This document shows positions 27,099-36,190 of a stretch of 64,000 nt of DNA, one piece after another. Both the position numbers and the translations under genes were made by a program. The notes beneath the pieces were generated by a model that made no database searches, had not been told where the DNA came from, and saw nothing but the letters and a program-made list of their open reading frames with translations. The stretch lies in the IMG/VR virus record IMGVR_UViG_3300021425_002620; one strand, 5' to 3'. Positions within the stretch are counted from its first letter, which is position 1. Each line of letters opens with the position of its first letter. The stretch comes from a virus (lineage: Duplodnaviria > Caudoviricetes).

Positions 27099-27173
27099 TT
27101 ATCTTTTTACTCTACAATTAGGACAAAAGTCATTGTATCCTAACTCTGTCTTACATTCTGGACAAGTATTCAT
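27099..27173 (-). CDS. Zinc-ribbon microprotein (24 aa, MNTCPECKTELGYNDFCPNCRVKR)
   Basis: Hand-translated; AGGA upstream, two CPxC motifs, fills the tRNA-Ser/tRNA-Thr spacer. Confidence 0.65.
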   Translation of the reverse strand: MNTCPECKTELGYNDFCPNCRVKR

Positions 27174-27193
27174 ATTTTACTTATCCTAGTTTT

Positions 27194-27283
27194 TGGCGGA
27201 GAGTGAGGGATTCGAACCCTCGATACGCTTTCACGTATGCACCCTTAGCAGGGGTGTGCTTTCGACCACTCAGCCAACTCTCC
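27194..27283 (-). tRNA. tRNA-Ser(GCT)
   Basis: GGAGAGT...ACTCTCC-G-CCA, long variable arm, anticodon arm CACCC-CT-GCT-AA-GGGTG. Confidence 0.95.
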
Positions 27284-27344
27284 AATTACACTCCTAGTTT
27301 ATCAGTCTAGTGCAAGTTGCTATGCTTCCTGCTGAGTGTAAAAT

Positions 27345-27420
<76 letters not shown>

Positions 27421-27443
27421 ATACTCTTTACTTACCTACTTGT

Positions 27444-27836
27444 TTAATTTTTATCAAACAAATCGGCTGTAGTCATTAGAGGCTGTTCTTCCTCTCTTAG
27501 GTCATCGTCATCATATGTTTTCTTCATGATATCACTGGCCATAATTTTTACATCTTTACCAGCAAGACGATATTCCATTTCTTTGCGAAGTACCTTTTCA
27601 ACTGATCCTGGTCCTTCCCAAATTTCATTTAATGCTTCGTTAATTTTTTCAATTTTAACTCGGCTAAGTCGAATAACACCAAAATGGTGTTGCAAGAAGC
27701 CTTTGAATACTTCTGGAATTCTGCTATGTTCTGTTATAGCAAATGTTCCGTCAAATCCATTTACATAATAAGGCTTGTCAATATCCTTGGCATAGAATGC
27801 TATTCTATCTTCCATGATACCTTGTATATCTAACAT
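27444..27836 (-). CDS. Hypothetical protein
   Basis: AGGAG SD, 130 aa. Confidence 0.6.
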   Translation of the reverse strand: MLDIQGIMEDRIAFYAKDIDKPYYVNGFDGTFAITEHSRIPEVFKGFLQHHFGVIRLSRVKIEKINEALNEIWEGPGSVEKVLRKEMEYRLAGKDVKIMASDIMKKTYDDDDLREEEQPLMTTADLFDKN

Positions 27837-27844
27837 AAGTTCTC

Positions 27845-28012
27845 CTATACATCTATTATTAATGTTGCAAAAAATAGCAGTCCTACAACTGCCCCTAAAA
27901 AACCTAAAATTAAAAGAAATCCGAAAAGCATAAAATTAAAAATAGTAGGCTTAGGTGGGTCTTCTGGTAAACTACCTACACCTATTAATGCTTTTAGTAC
28001 TTCTTTGATCAT
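27845..28012 (-). CDS. Small membrane protein (MIKEVLKALIGVG...)
   Basis: Hand-translated; ATGA overlap, long hydrophobic C-terminus. Confidence 0.5.
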   Translation of the reverse strand: MIKEVLKALIGVGSLPEDPPKPTIFNFMLFGFLLILGFLGAVVGLLFFATLIIDV

Positions 28013-28203
28013 ACTTTCAAAATATGGTCACTATAATAAGTGTCCATTAACCTTTGTAACTCTTGTGACTTTGCATCTTTGCCTAGGTCTTGTTCAACAG
28101 TTTCTAAGTAATCGTACATGTCTTGACCGTTAAGTAAACGATGTTCAACCCATTGTTGCATATCATCTAGAATTAAATGTTCTAAAATTTGTCCTTCATC
28201 CAT
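28009..28203 (-). CDS. Hypothetical protein
   Basis: ORF in packed operon; start reassigned to MDEGQ. Confidence 0.5.
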   Translation of the reverse strand: MDEGQILEHLILDDMQQWVEHRLLNGQDMYDYLETVEQDLGKDAKSQELQRLMDTYYSDHILKV

Positions 28204-28399
28204 CACTCTGCCTTCCCATAATTTGATGGATAATTTTTTCTGCATCAGGATACGATGTCATAGATTGGATTTGCTCTTCAAGAAAATCCATACGTGCAAT
28301 TTCATTCATTACATTGATTTGTTTAATGGGGTCTGGCCAAGTGTAGCCGTAATAAGGTTGTGTCCAACTAAAACTATAACTAAAATCTTCAGGATTCAT
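28196..28399 (-). CDS. Hypothetical protein
   Basis: ORF in packed operon. Confidence 0.55.
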   Translation of the reverse strand: MNPEDFSYSFSWTQPYYGYTWPDPIKQINVMNEIARMDFLEEQIQSMTSYPDAEKIIHQIMGRQSDG

Positions 28400-28727
28400 T
28401 TTGCTCGTCCTCTATAATTCTTATTGACTTTAAACGATCGTATCGAAAACTTCTAAAGCCTTTTGCATCTATTACCCATACTGCAACTACTTCTTCGTTT
28501 AGTTCTCGAACTTTCTTTTGGGTAATAGGATCATCTTTTTTGGCAGGAGGTAAGTATGACTCTTGTAGTGTACAAGGCATAACTCTTTCATCACCGTTTA
28601 ATTTAGTAAAAGTAACTTCTACTATATTTTCTTTAAGTAATGCTACTAGTTCTTCTCTAGTAGGAATACCTTTTTTATCTGCAACAAACTCTTTTAGTTT
28701 GTCGGCATGCCAAATCGCTGCACTCAT
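28389..28727 (-). CDS. WYL-like SH3-fold protein conserved in T4-like phages
   Basis: VEVTFTKLNGDERVMPCTL...VWVIDAKGFRSFRYD. Confidence 0.7.
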   Translation of the reverse strand: MSAAIWHADKLKEFVADKKGIPTREELVALLKENIVEVTFTKLNGDERVMPCTLQESYLPPAKKDDPITQKKVRELNEEVVAVWVIDAKGFRSFRYDRLKSIRIIEDEQNES

Positions 28728-28888
28728 AGTTCTTCTAAAATGCCTAGTACTTCAGCGGCTGCAAAAAAGATTACAAACCAACCAATTGCGTTAGTAGCAA
28801 AGGCTGCGCCGCAACCTGCTAGTCGAAGGCCGCTTTTAGCCATGCTCATATAAAAATGCTTTTTGCTTACGTCTACTGGTTCTACCAT
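28724..28888 (-). CDS. Small membrane protein (54 aa, [26 protein letters not shown]...)
   Basis: Hand-translated; TAATG and ATGA overlaps with neighbours. Confidence 0.55.
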   Translation of the reverse strand: MVEPVDVSKKHFYMSMAKSGLRLAGCGAAFATNAIGWFVIFFAAAEVLGILEEL

Positions 28889-29505
28889 TATCTATTCTCC
28901 ACTACTTTATCAGCAAAGCCGTTTTCTACTGCTTCGTCTGCTGTTAGGAATGTATCAAACTTCATTGTTTCAAACAATTCCTCATATGTTTTGCCTGCAG
29001 AGTTGTGTTTTACATATAGCTCTGTCAGACGCTTGTTAACTTTCTGTGACTCTTCGTAGTGACGTTTGATATCTTCCATTTGCAGTTCTTGAATATGAAC
29101 ACTACCGCTTGTACCAGGAGTGCCTGAACTTACACGGTGAATCATTGTACGGCTTTCAGGTAATACAACTCGTTTACCTTCTGTACCTGCTTGTGCTAAG
29201 AAACTGCCCATTGAACATGCTTGACCCATTACAATAGTGCGTACATCACATTTAATAAACTGCATGGTATCATAAATTGCTAGTCCTGCTGTTACAGCAC
29301 CGCCTGGTGAATTAATATACAAATTAATATCTTTATCAGGGTTTTCACTTTCTAAAAATAACATTTGTGCTACAATTAGATTTGCCATATTATCCTCAAC
29401 AGGACCATTTAGCATAATAATACGATCTTTCAGCAATCGACTGTAAATATCGTATGAACGTTCTCCTCGAGCTTCTTGCTCAACTACCATAGGTATAAGT
29501 GGCAT
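28888..29505 (-). CDS. clpP: ATP-dependent Clp protease proteolytic subunit
   Basis: [28 protein letters not shown] (catalytic Ser), [20 protein letters not shown]. Confidence 0.97.
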   Translation of the reverse strand: MPLIPMVVEQEARGERSYDIYSRLLKDRIIMLNGPVEDNMANLIVAQMLFLESENPDKDINLYINSPGGAVTAGLAIYDTMQFIKCDVRTIVMGQACSMGSFLAQAGTEGKRVVLPESRTMIHRVSSGTPGTSGSVHIQELQMEDIKRHYEESQKVNKRLTELYVKHNSAGKTYEELFETMKFDTFLTADEAVENGFADKVVENR

Positions 29506-29741
29506 TAGTATCTCCCCTTTGTATTAACTGATCTAATAACTTTAGGACCAGTAGTTGTTAATTCCATTCCATGTATGCTACCAACATAAATTCGGCCAGT
29601 CCATTTCATATGAATCTTTTCCCCGGCAACGAATGCGTTAAGCGATACGTTTTCTTTTAAGTCTGCTACTTCAGCTTCTATTGTAACATCAGTACGAGTG
29701 TTTGTCAACTGTGCTGTAGTACTGTAAATATCTTGTCTCAT
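29505..29741 (-). CDS. Hypothetical protein
   Basis: Overlapping operon ORF. Confidence 0.6.
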   Translation of the reverse strand: MRQDIYSTTAQLTNTRTDVTIEAEVADLKENVSLNAFVAGEKIHMKWTGRIYVGSIHGMELTTTGPKVIRSVNTKGRY

Positions 29742-30010
29742 TTTTTTCCTAACAATTTTAAATTTAATACGAAGTTCTCAACTAATAGTTTAACAATAAT
29801 TGCGCCATCTGTCAAGTGATTTCTTTCCATTTGTAGCACATGTGTTGCCATCATTATGTAGGCTTGTTCTTCTGTTATCGCAAGTTCGCCCCAGTCAATT
29901 GGATCGACACCCTCGCATTCTTTTGCAAGTATAACAAGATTTCGGATTGCTTCGTCGTCTACATCAAACATATTTTGATGATTTTCTGCATCTTCTCTAA
30001 GTGTACTCAT
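29738..30010 (-). CDS. Hypothetical protein
   Basis: ATGA-coupled ORF. Confidence 0.6.
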   Translation of the reverse strand: MSTLREDAENHQNMFDVDDEAIRNLVILAKECEGVDPIDWGELAITEEQAYIMMATHVLQMERNHLTDGAIIVKLLVENFVLNLKLLGKK

Positions 30011-30324
30011 CGTTTAAATAACTCCCAGAATCTTCCAAGTAATATTAGTGCGCCTCCAAAAGCAAACCATCCAAAGACAGCACCAAATCCATCATAATAC
30101 CAAATAAATGGCATTGCACCTATCCATACTGCTTTAGCAGTATAACTTTTCCAGTTCCATAACACATAAAGCAAGCCATCGAAACTCCATAGTTTTTCAG
30201 GTTTTTCTGGTCCAAAGTCTAATTTAGCATCTCCATATTGGTTTTTAAACCAACCTAAACGCCAAAATATCAAGCAAGGTAAACCTATGACAAGTAGTAT
30301 TCCTAGTACTTCGTGTAACTCCAT
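30007..30324 (-). CDS. Membrane protein
   Basis: Three hydrophobic, Trp-rich segments. Confidence 0.6.
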   Translation of the reverse strand: MELHEVLGILLVIGLPCLIFWRLGWFKNQYGDAKLDFGPEKPEKLWSFDGLLYVLWNWKSYTAKAVWIGAMPFIWYYDGFGAVFGWFAFGGALILLGRFWELFKR

Positions 30325-30764
30325 TATACTACATAACTCTGTACTAAGTTCATTGCAACTGCTGTACCGCTGATACTCGAGCCAATCATAATAGCTCTGT
30401 CACTCCATACCATGCCAACAAACACCCAGCACATGCTGGATACGAGATATGCTATTTGACCGTACTGTGTAAAGCCTGCGCTAATTGTAAATACACCTGC
30501 TACAGCGAGTATAGTAGCGATCCACTTTACATACCAGTCTGGTGTACCAGTAGGAGTAGTAGGCGTTAAGTCTTCTACTTCTGTTTGCAGTTCAGCAAGT
30601 TCCGCTTTCAGTCGCTTTCGTTCTTTAGACAATTCCATCGCAAGGTTGCGAGCTCTTGTCTGCGAAGAGATCTCTTTGTATTCTTCTTGCGTTGTTTTGT
30701 CGTCTAATTCCAATTCTTCAATCCCAGAGGTTTTCATAATATTTTCCAAATAGTCGGAACCCAT
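30324..30764 (-). CDS. Coiled-coil plus 3-TM membrane protein
   Basis: C-terminal WYVKWIATIL...WVFVGMVWSDRAIMI hydrophobic block. Confidence 0.6.
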   Translation of the reverse strand: MGSDYLENIMKTSGIEELELDDKTTQEEYKEISSQTRARNLAMELSKERKRLKAELAELQTEVEDLTPTTPTGTPDWYVKWIATILAVAGVFTISAGFTQYGQIAYLVSSMCWVFVGMVWSDRAIMIGSSISGTAVAMNLVQSYVV

Positions 30765-31371
30765 TACTTATTCTTTCTTGATATTTCTTTCTACCTTCCC
30801 AATCATACTCTCTAGTATGCTTAGGTCCATTTACCATTTCGTAGTTACCATCTTCCAGTTTCTTCCACTGTAGATCGCTTTCACCTGACTCGAACTGTTC
30901 TTCCCAGCGTCCATCATCTACTTTAGTTTCAAACGCAAAGATCATTTCGTCTAACACCCAATCCCAACGTTCAAAGTGTGTGCTGTCAGTTTCGTGATTG
31001 TCTTTCTGTTTCTTAGTCTGCTTCTTAGGCTGTAGCTCTTTAGGCACATCCTTAGGATCAACAAATGGAGCACCGTGCTTGGTTTCTTTTAGTTGTTTGA
31101 GCATGGGAAGCACAATAAGGGCAAGAGTATGATCCATACTCCACGTATCCCAGCGGTCTATGCGTACTTTTACTGTCTGTGTGCGTCTGTCAAACCAAAT
31201 CCAGTTGAACACATTGTAAAAGTCTTGTACACGATCCTCCAGCCATTCAAGACTGCGTTCGAATCGTGTTTGTTCTGTGGGCCAATCCACGTAGCCATAT
31301 TTACGATCCATATAACGAGTATGGAATCGAGACATAAGTCTGTTAGGATAATTAGAAATTTTAACCTTCAT
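30718..31371 (-). CDS. Conserved T4-like hypothetical protein
   Basis: RIDRWDTWSMDHTLALIVLPMLKQLK...WDWVLDEMIFAF...GFRLFGKYYENLWD. Confidence 0.7.
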   Translation of the reverse strand: MKVKISNYPNRLMSRFHTRYMDRKYGYVDWPTEQTRFERSLEWLEDRVQDFYNVFNWIWFDRRTQTVKVRIDRWDTWSMDHTLALIVLPMLKQLKETKHGAPFVDPKDVPKELQPKKQTKKQKDNHETDSTHFERWDWVLDEMIFAFETKVDDGRWEEQFESGESDLQWKKLEDGNYEMVNGPKHTREYDWEGRKKYQERISNGFRLFGKYYENLWD

Positions 31372-31564
31372 AATAATCTACCACCATTACCATCTCTGGC
31401 CTGTCAGGATGTTGAAATGTTTTTGCAAACTCCATTGCTTCTTCTGCATCTTCAAACAGTTCAGGTTGCAAGTCCCAACAGTGCTCTGTTTGTTTAGTAA
31501 CATAAATCCAATCGTCCTTGCCGTCAAGACATACCATCACTGCGTACATGCTTCTTCTCCTCAT
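31361..31564 (-). CDS. Hypothetical protein
   Basis: GGAG SD, packed operon. Confidence 0.55.
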   Translation of the reverse strand: MRRRSMYAVMVCLDGKDDWIYVTKQTEHCWDLQPELFEDAEEAMEFAKTFQHPDRPEMVMVVDYYEG

Positions 31565-31796
31565 AATCGTGCATTAACATTGTCAGTTCGTCTACAGGTG
31601 TAGTTGTGCTTAATATTTCAGGACACTTCGTTGCCAAGTAGTCTAGGTTATAGCCACCTGGATAATGTCGTAAACAATAGTATGCCTGTTGTCTAATAGC
31701 CTTAGGCACACGAGGCGTTTTCTTAGGATCTAGTAGATCAACAAGAAACTGTTCAGTTCTTTGTAGAGCATGATATCGTTCGCAAGGTAGTGTCAT
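31524..31796 (-). CDS. Hypothetical protein (start MTLPCERY)
   Basis: ATGA overlap with the upstream stop; LRHYP motif. Confidence 0.6.
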   Translation of the reverse strand: MTLPCERYHALQRTEQFLVDLLDPKKTPRVPKAIRQQAYYCLRHYPGGYNLDYLATKCPEILSTTTPVDELTMLMHDYEEKKHVRSDGMS

Positions 31797-32173
31797 GATA
31801 AATCCGTGATTAGCAAATAGTTTTCCCATGCTTTTTGTTGCGCAGGAGTATGATCTTCTTGTGGTACAACACACTCTAACCAGTGATATGGCATTCTTGG
31901 AGGATGAGCACCAAACTGACGAGGCTGATGTAACTTACCTGTTTTGTATAGTTCCATTAGGATATCGTGCATTTCTCGTTCTCTATCTTCTAGGCCTGAC
32001 CACTCTGCACGGCTAAGTCCACCGTACAAGTAACCTTCCCAAATCTGACTCCAGTGTTCATCATTGAAAGGATCTACATCTGTACGTGCTACAATAACTA
32101 GCACATCGTGTAGATCTACTTTATTTTCAAGAATGTCGCGCATACAGCGACTAAGGCTTAGACCTATTTTCAT
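31793..32173 (-). CDS. Hypothetical protein (start MKIGLSLS)
   Basis: ATGA overlap. Confidence 0.6.
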   Translation of the reverse strand: MKIGLSLSRCMRDILENKVDLHDVLVIVARTDVDPFNDEHWSQIWEGYLYGGLSRAEWSGLEDREREMHDILMELYKTGKLHQPRQFGAHPPRMPYHWLECVVPQEDHTPAQQKAWENYLLITDLS

Positions 32174-32433
32174 TGTTTTCTTACCCATCTATAAAATTCA
32201 TGTTCAAAATTTTGTCCTACGTACAAGTTTTCAAAGTAGAATGTATCCTCGTATATGTCCGTCCATTTCACATGATTCCATTCGCACTTTTCTAACTGCT
32301 TGCACCAATCCTTTGCTTTACTTCTTAAGTCACTGTGTATAGGAACAGTATAACCCGGCATCCAACGTTGCTTGTATTCAAATATTTCTTGTGGTGTCAT
32401 TAGTGTATAGTCTCCGAAAAATCGTCTTGCCAA
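32170..32433 (-). CDS. Hypothetical protein
   Basis: Packed operon. Confidence 0.55.
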   Translation of the reverse strand: MARRFFGDYTLMTPQEIFEYKQRWMPGYTVPIHSDLRSKAKDWCKQLEKCEWNHVKWTDIYEDTFYFENLYVGQNFEHEFYRWVRKQ

Positions 32434-32633
32434 AAATCATCTTCTTCACGCTCTTCTTCGAAGTTCATTCCGAAGTACTGTTCCATAATTACAATTATTG
32501 CTTCAGGTACTTCATCCTCGTCACTTCCGTCTGGTATAAACAATCCTTTTAGTTTTCCATCACCATCAATTACAATAGCCCAATCATCATTACCTAGTTG
32601 TTCTTCTAATGTTTTCTTTTTATCATCGTCCAT
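32400..32633 (-). CDS. Acidic hypothetical protein
   Basis: Packed operon. Confidence 0.55.
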   Translation of the reverse strand: MDDDKKKTLEEQLGNDDWAIVIDGDGKLKGLFIPDGSDEDEVPEAIIVIMEQYFGMNFEEEREEDDFWQDDFSETIH

Positions 32634-33072
32634 AAGAATAGTCCCCTATTGCTACTAGGTCGTCAATATCTTTAGCAATGAACTTGCCGTTAGTAATTCG
32701 CATAACAACATTACATCCACTAGACCTAATATACTGTCGGCCGCCGTCAATCATTTTGTCTCCTACTACCTTATAATCATGATGTGATTGACTGTAATAG
32801 TACTTACCGTCTACTTCGATCATACCAAACTCAAGTGACTCTACAATGTCTGCGTTTGTAATCATAAGATGACCTCTAACGTGATCGTGATACAAGCCAA
32901 AATAACGATTACCAAACTCAGGATGAGGCGTTTCTCTATAATACACATCAACAGGCACATCACTAGCATTAAGATCTGTAGTGCAAACATATGTCACAGG
33001 TACTCCGTCTTTTTTACTATAATGTTCTGTAATAAGTGCTACATCAAAATTGGGTTTATGTTCAATGTTCAT
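32623..33072 (-). CDS. Hypothetical protein
   Basis: YSQSHHDY...MIDGGRQYIR motif. Confidence 0.6.
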   Translation of the reverse strand: MNIEHKPNFDVALITEHYSKKDGVPVTYVCTTDLNASDVPVDVYYRETPHPEFGNRYFGLYHDHVRGHLMITNADIVESLEFGMIEVDGKYYYSQSHHDYKVVGDKMIDGGRQYIRSSGCNVVMRITNGKFIAKDIDDLVAIGDYSYGR

Positions 33073-33268
33073 TTGGTCTCATACCTTTTCGTGTAAATTC
33101 TTTTGCTCTTTTATTAAGATCCTTATCGCTCAACTTGCTAGTTGCAAGATGTTGTTTCCATTCTTTTAGTAATTTTTTACTCTGCTCTTTAGAGAGTTTG
33201 TTCTGGGTCATCAGCACGTACCTTTTTTGCAATATTTTTATAAATGCCTGGATTGACATGCAATACAT
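33062..33268 (-). CDS. Basic hypothetical protein
   Basis: Packed operon; start uncertain. Confidence 0.45.
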   Translation of the reverse strand: MYCMSIQAFIKILQKRYVLMTQNKLSKEQSKKLLKEWKQHLATSKLSDKDLNKRAKEFTRKGMRPNEH

Positions 33269-33797
33269 GAGGCATCATTTCATGCCTAATATAGTTTCTA
33301 GTATAACACGTATCTGTGTTGCTGTCATCCTCTACATAAGGTACTTGTTTTAAATTTTTCCAAAGTTCTAAGTCACGTTTGCGGGTAAGGCGAAAAGGAC
33401 GAATAACATTACGATTGCGATACGGAATAATTTTTCCTTGTCCATGCATACTGCTCCATACCCATGTTTCTACACAATCATCTAAATGATGTGCTGTAAT
33501 AATTGGTGCGTCAATACTATGAAAGAATTTGTATCTTTCATTACGCCAAAATTCTTCTGGGCTTTGTTCTTTAGGTTTTTCTTTGTTAAGAACACCTAGA
33601 AGTAACGGAATAGAGTTTACATGACAATACCAATTGACAAACTCATGTGCTTGGTCACTAGCTAGTGTTCCATGATTGTAGAAGCATATAGTTACATCGT
33701 GATTATTACGCAAAAAGTCAACAATAGCCATACTGTCGACTCCGCCACTACATGCTACAAAAACTTCTCTTGGTAACTTAGTTTGAAGTTTGATCAT
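33189..33797 (-). CDS. tilS: tRNA(Ile)-lysidine synthetase, PP-loop domain only
   Basis: ACSGGVDSM PP-loop, RNERY, TAHHLDDCVET, IRPF, DDSN...YTRNYIRH. Confidence 0.85.
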   Translation of the reverse strand: MIKLQTKLPREVFVACSGGVDSMAIVDFLRNNHDVTICFYNHGTLASDQAHEFVNWYCHVNSIPLLLGVLNKEKPKEQSPEEFWRNERYKFFHSIDAPIITAHHLDDCVETWVWSSMHGQGKIIPYRNRNVIRPFRLTRKRDLELWKNLKQVPYVEDDSNTDTCYTRNYIRHEMMPHVLHVNPGIYKNIAKKVRADDPEQTL

Positions 33798-34017
33798 CGC
33801 ACCACTCGGTCCAAGGGATGATCTCCATATTATTACCGTGCCCTTGTGTTTTAATTACTTTTTGCTCAATTAAACTATCGATCACTTTTTCAGCTACACT
33901 TTTTACAGCATATTTGTAACCAATATAAAGACCAAATAAAGTTCCTACAACATAAGCAAGAAGTAGCCAAGTATGATCTGCACTAAAAAAGTCCATATTA
34001 ATTTCCTTCAATCTCAC
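33778..34017 (-). CDS. Small membrane protein
   Basis: N-terminal TM helix. Confidence 0.55.
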   Translation of the reverse strand: MRLKEINMDFFSADHTWLLLAYVVGTLFGLYIGYKYAVKSVAEKVIDSLIEQKVIKTQGHGNNMEIIPWTEWCDDQTSN

Positions 34018-34249
34018 GAATTAATTTTTCGTTTTCTCTGTCAATTTCGTCCTTTGACATCTGCCAGGTAAGTCTTATCATCATAGCTAAACTCGGAATA
34101 ATTATCATACTAGCAAGTATAGCAACAAACCCCCACTTACCATATAAGTCTTCAGCAAAGTTAGCAATCGAAAAGGCAATTACCACGTATACCATCATAC
34201 CAATTGGTTCTGCAATTTTACGCAGAAAACGTTTTGTAACTCTATCCAT
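33998..34249 (-). CDS. Small membrane protein (2 TM)
   Basis: Two hydrophobic helices. Confidence 0.55.
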   Translation of the reverse strand: MDRVTKRFLRKIAEPIGMMVYVVIAFSIANFAEDLYGKWGFVAILASMIIIPSLAMMIRLTWQMSKDEIDRENEKLIREIEGN

Positions 34250-34925
34250 TTTTAATCTCCATCATATCAAAAAGTTCATTCTTCCATAGTTGTGAAAATT
34301 CACAATTTCTGTAGTTTTCAAACCAAGGTCCACCTTCTGTGTAGTGTATCAACTTTGGATTCTCAATGTCATCATAAACTCCAACAAGGTAATTCCAAGT
34401 ATGATCTAATTTGCCAATTTCTTCATCTGTTAACCAACTAAATCTATGCAGATATGCTCCGTTTATTTCTGGACTATTTACTAAGTCCATTGTAAGTGCA
34501 GCATTACTTGGATGCGCACAATTAAACAACATTACACTTGACCAGTTTTTACGTGGATATGTAGTTTGCTTTTGTCCATCCATTTTAAAACGTTCTTTAG
34601 GTGTGTAATCATGTTGTACACACATGACAGCATATTGATCATCTGTTTGATCAAACAGCTCTTTAATGTCTGTTGTAAGGATCATGTCGCAATCCATAAA
34701 CAGTGCCCAACCCTTATAGTCTGCAAGAGCTGGAACTAAGAATCTTGTAAAAGTAAATTCTGTACTTGCTAATTTGTCAACATCCCTGTAATACCAACCT
34801 GCATCACGTAGTTCTTTTTGATTTAAAGGACTTACTTCTGCATTAGGTTGCTTTGATAAGATACTATGCTTACACACTTGATAAGCAATATCTTCTCTTG
34901 TATCATATCCTATGAATACCTTCAT
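34242..34925 (-). CDS. Glycosyltransferase (GT-A, family 8-like)
   Basis: FIGYDTRE, STEFTFTRFLVP, FMDCDM, YPRKNWSSVMLFNC, IHYTEGGPW. Confidence 0.85.
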   Translation of the reverse strand: MKVFIGYDTREDIAYQVCKHSILSKQPNAEVSPLNQKELRDAGWYYRDVDKLASTEFTFTRFLVPALADYKGWALFMDCDMILTTDIKELFDQTDDQYAVMCVQHDYTPKERFKMDGQKQTTYPRKNWSSVMLFNCAHPSNAALTMDLVNSPEINGAYLHRFSWLTDEEIGKLDHTWNYLVGVYDDIENPKLIHYTEGGPWFENYRNCEFSQLWKNELFDMMEIKNG

Positions 34926-34926
34926 T

Positions 34927-35802
34927 TTAAACCTTATATAATCTTACGTAGTTTAAACGAGACTCGTCTGCGCTAAACATACGGTTTTTACTTTGAGCTT
35001 TTACTTTGGCTTTGATTCGTTTCATTGTGCCAACTTCGTGTGCATACTTGTTCATAAAACTAACAAGGTTGCCATCCATAACTGCAACATAGTTATAAGA
35101 CTCCCAGCGAGAACTCCAAACTCTATCAAGAAACTTAATAACGCCTTCTACTGAATCGCCTACGTTGCCTACGTATTTGCTGTCGCGATACTCTACACGA
35201 ATTTCTTTTTTAAGACCTGACTCTTGCATATCACGTTTAATAAACTGCGGAGCAAATGCAATACGTCCCATACCAACAACACGAACTTCATCTTGCGACA
35301 GTTCTTTTACCATGTCTGCTTTAAAGTCATCTAGATCGCCAAGGCCTAGCATTACATAACGCTTCATCCACTTGCGAGCTTCTTCTACTTTAGCATAATC
35401 TTCTTCAGTAGGTTCAAACATTACAAAGTCTGTAGGAAGATACTGTGCTTCGTTAGTGTTTAATTTCTTAGTCCAGTAGTAACGAACAAGACTTTTGTTA
35501 TCAAACTGTGTTGGATTGTCTTCACTGAAGCGACGAGTATCTTTGATATATTGTTCGTTGTTAATGCGAAATGCCGCATATGCTACAGCAAGAGCTTCTG
35601 TAAGGGGTACAGTCTTAGGAGGAAGAGGCTTATCGTAACGAACCTGTTTGCCAGACTCGTCTGCAAGCTCGTATTCAAGTTCCCAACGTTTGAACTCGCT
35701 CTTGCTCATTGATCCCCAATCTAGTGTATTTGGATCTGGAAGTGTATTTTTCTTCATTTGATTTGCCCATCCAATTGGTTTATAAATTGTCGTTGCTGAC
35801 AT
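34927..35802 (-). CDS. Hypothetical protein with possible C-terminal OB fold
   Basis: 291-aa ORF; YVGNVGDSVEG...IKAKVK C-terminus. Confidence 0.6.
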   Translation of the reverse strand: MSATTIYKPIGWANQMKKNTLPDPNTLDWGSMSKSEFKRWELEYELADESGKQVRYDKPLPPKTVPLTEALAVAYAAFRINNEQYIKDTRRFSEDNPTQFDNKSLVRYYWTKKLNTNEAQYLPTDFVMFEPTEEDYAKVEEARKWMKRYVMLGLGDLDDFKADMVKELSQDEVRVVGMGRIAFAPQFIKRDMQESGLKKEIRVEYRDSKYVGNVGDSVEGVIKFLDRVWSSRWESYNYVAVMDGNLVSFMNKYAHEVGTMKRIKAKVKAQSKNRMFSADESRLNYVRLYKV

Positions 35803-36190
35803 GTTGTGCCTCTTCCAATTTGCCTATTAACTCTTCTATAGTATATACTGTTTCTCCGTCTGTGTCAACCGAAAAAACATGATAATGATAACCTTTGATA
35901 GTTTCGTTAATCTGTTCTAGAATTTTATCTTCTGTTTCGTAAACCCATTCTGTAAAGCCACGTCCTTCAAATTGAATAGCATATCCAAATTGATTCTTAA
36001 GTGTCTTTTCAAGTTCCTTAACAGGATTGTCTTCACCATACCACACACGATTAAATGTAGCAAGGTGACTCTTACCTGGAAATGAGTTTTGGTATGTGCC
36101 AAGTCTTACCTTGGCACTGCGAAATGATGTTATTCCAATCTTGTTAGCATCACTGCCAAACGGGTCACGCATTAAGTATAAAAGTTTCAT
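35780..36190 (-). CDS. GIY-YIG/T5orf172-like protein
   Basis: LLYLM...NKIGIT...RLGTYQ...ELEKTL...TEW pattern. Confidence 0.6.
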   Translation of the reverse strand: MKLLYLMRDPFGSDANKIGITSFRSAKVRLGTYQNSFPGKSHLATFNRVWYGEDNPVKELEKTLKNQFGYAIQFEGRGFTEWVYETEDKILEQINETIKGYHYHVFSVDTDGETVYTIEELIGKLEEAQHVSNDNL

